Under the pieces are notes generated by a model. That model ran no database searches. It was given only the letters and a program-made list of their open reading frames with translations, and was not told the DNA's origin. Made by a program: the position numbers and the translations under genes. From positions 119,108,285 through 119,172,284 of the forward strand of contig NC_068984.1 of NCBI RefSeq assembly GCF_001194135.2: a DNA stretch of 64,000 bases, read 5' to 3'. Below, piece after piece: positions 63,765 to 64,000 of this stretch. The DNA comes from Octopus bimaculoides (taxonomy: Eukaryota). Within the stretch, counting starts at the first letter, position 1, and each line of letters opens with the position of its first letter.

Positions 63765-64000
63765 GTGAATAATCTGCAAAATTATAATCTTATTAAATAC
63801 TCATCTCAGATATTTAGTTTCACAGACAATACTGTTGTTAACCTTTTTATTAACATATTTCTGTAGAAATACACAGCTTTTGTTTCACTTAATTTTGAAA
63901 ATAATGAAGAATCTAATATAATAACTTTGTTAATATTAAGCCGGTGTGAGGGTGGCAGGATCATTAGCACTTTGGGCAAAATGCTTAGTAGCATTTTGTC

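Overview
AT-rich, microsatellite- and transposon-dense eukaryotic scaffold with 12 N-gaps. The repeat repertoire looks like an octopus/coleoid cephalopod genome (inference from the SINE, RTE and MITE families, not verified). One protein-coding gene is well supported: a secreted purple acid phosphatase (PAP; metallophosphoesterase) on the minus strand. It is built from one large coding exon (28284-29551, ATG at 29529) spliced across a 7.5-kb GT-AG intron to a C-terminal exon (20609-20787) that the ORF track misses, giving 474 aa with all seven metal ligands. Its motifs resemble plant/protist PAPs more than vertebrate ACP7, and its catalytic core has no introns. A CpG-rich island at about 57.3-59.9 kb carries outward-facing GTGAGT donors on both strands and looks like a bidirectional promoter. 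It may drive the PAP gene and an unidentified plus-strand gene. The rest is dead RTE-clade LINEs and their short 3' derivatives, three tRNA-derived SINE families, a decayed mariner, several MITEs (piggyBac-, mariner-, hAT- and Tigger4-like), three foldback hairpins and a possible Penelope-type minimal hammerhead motif. Nearly all other entries in the ORF track are gap, microsatellite or TE artefacts.
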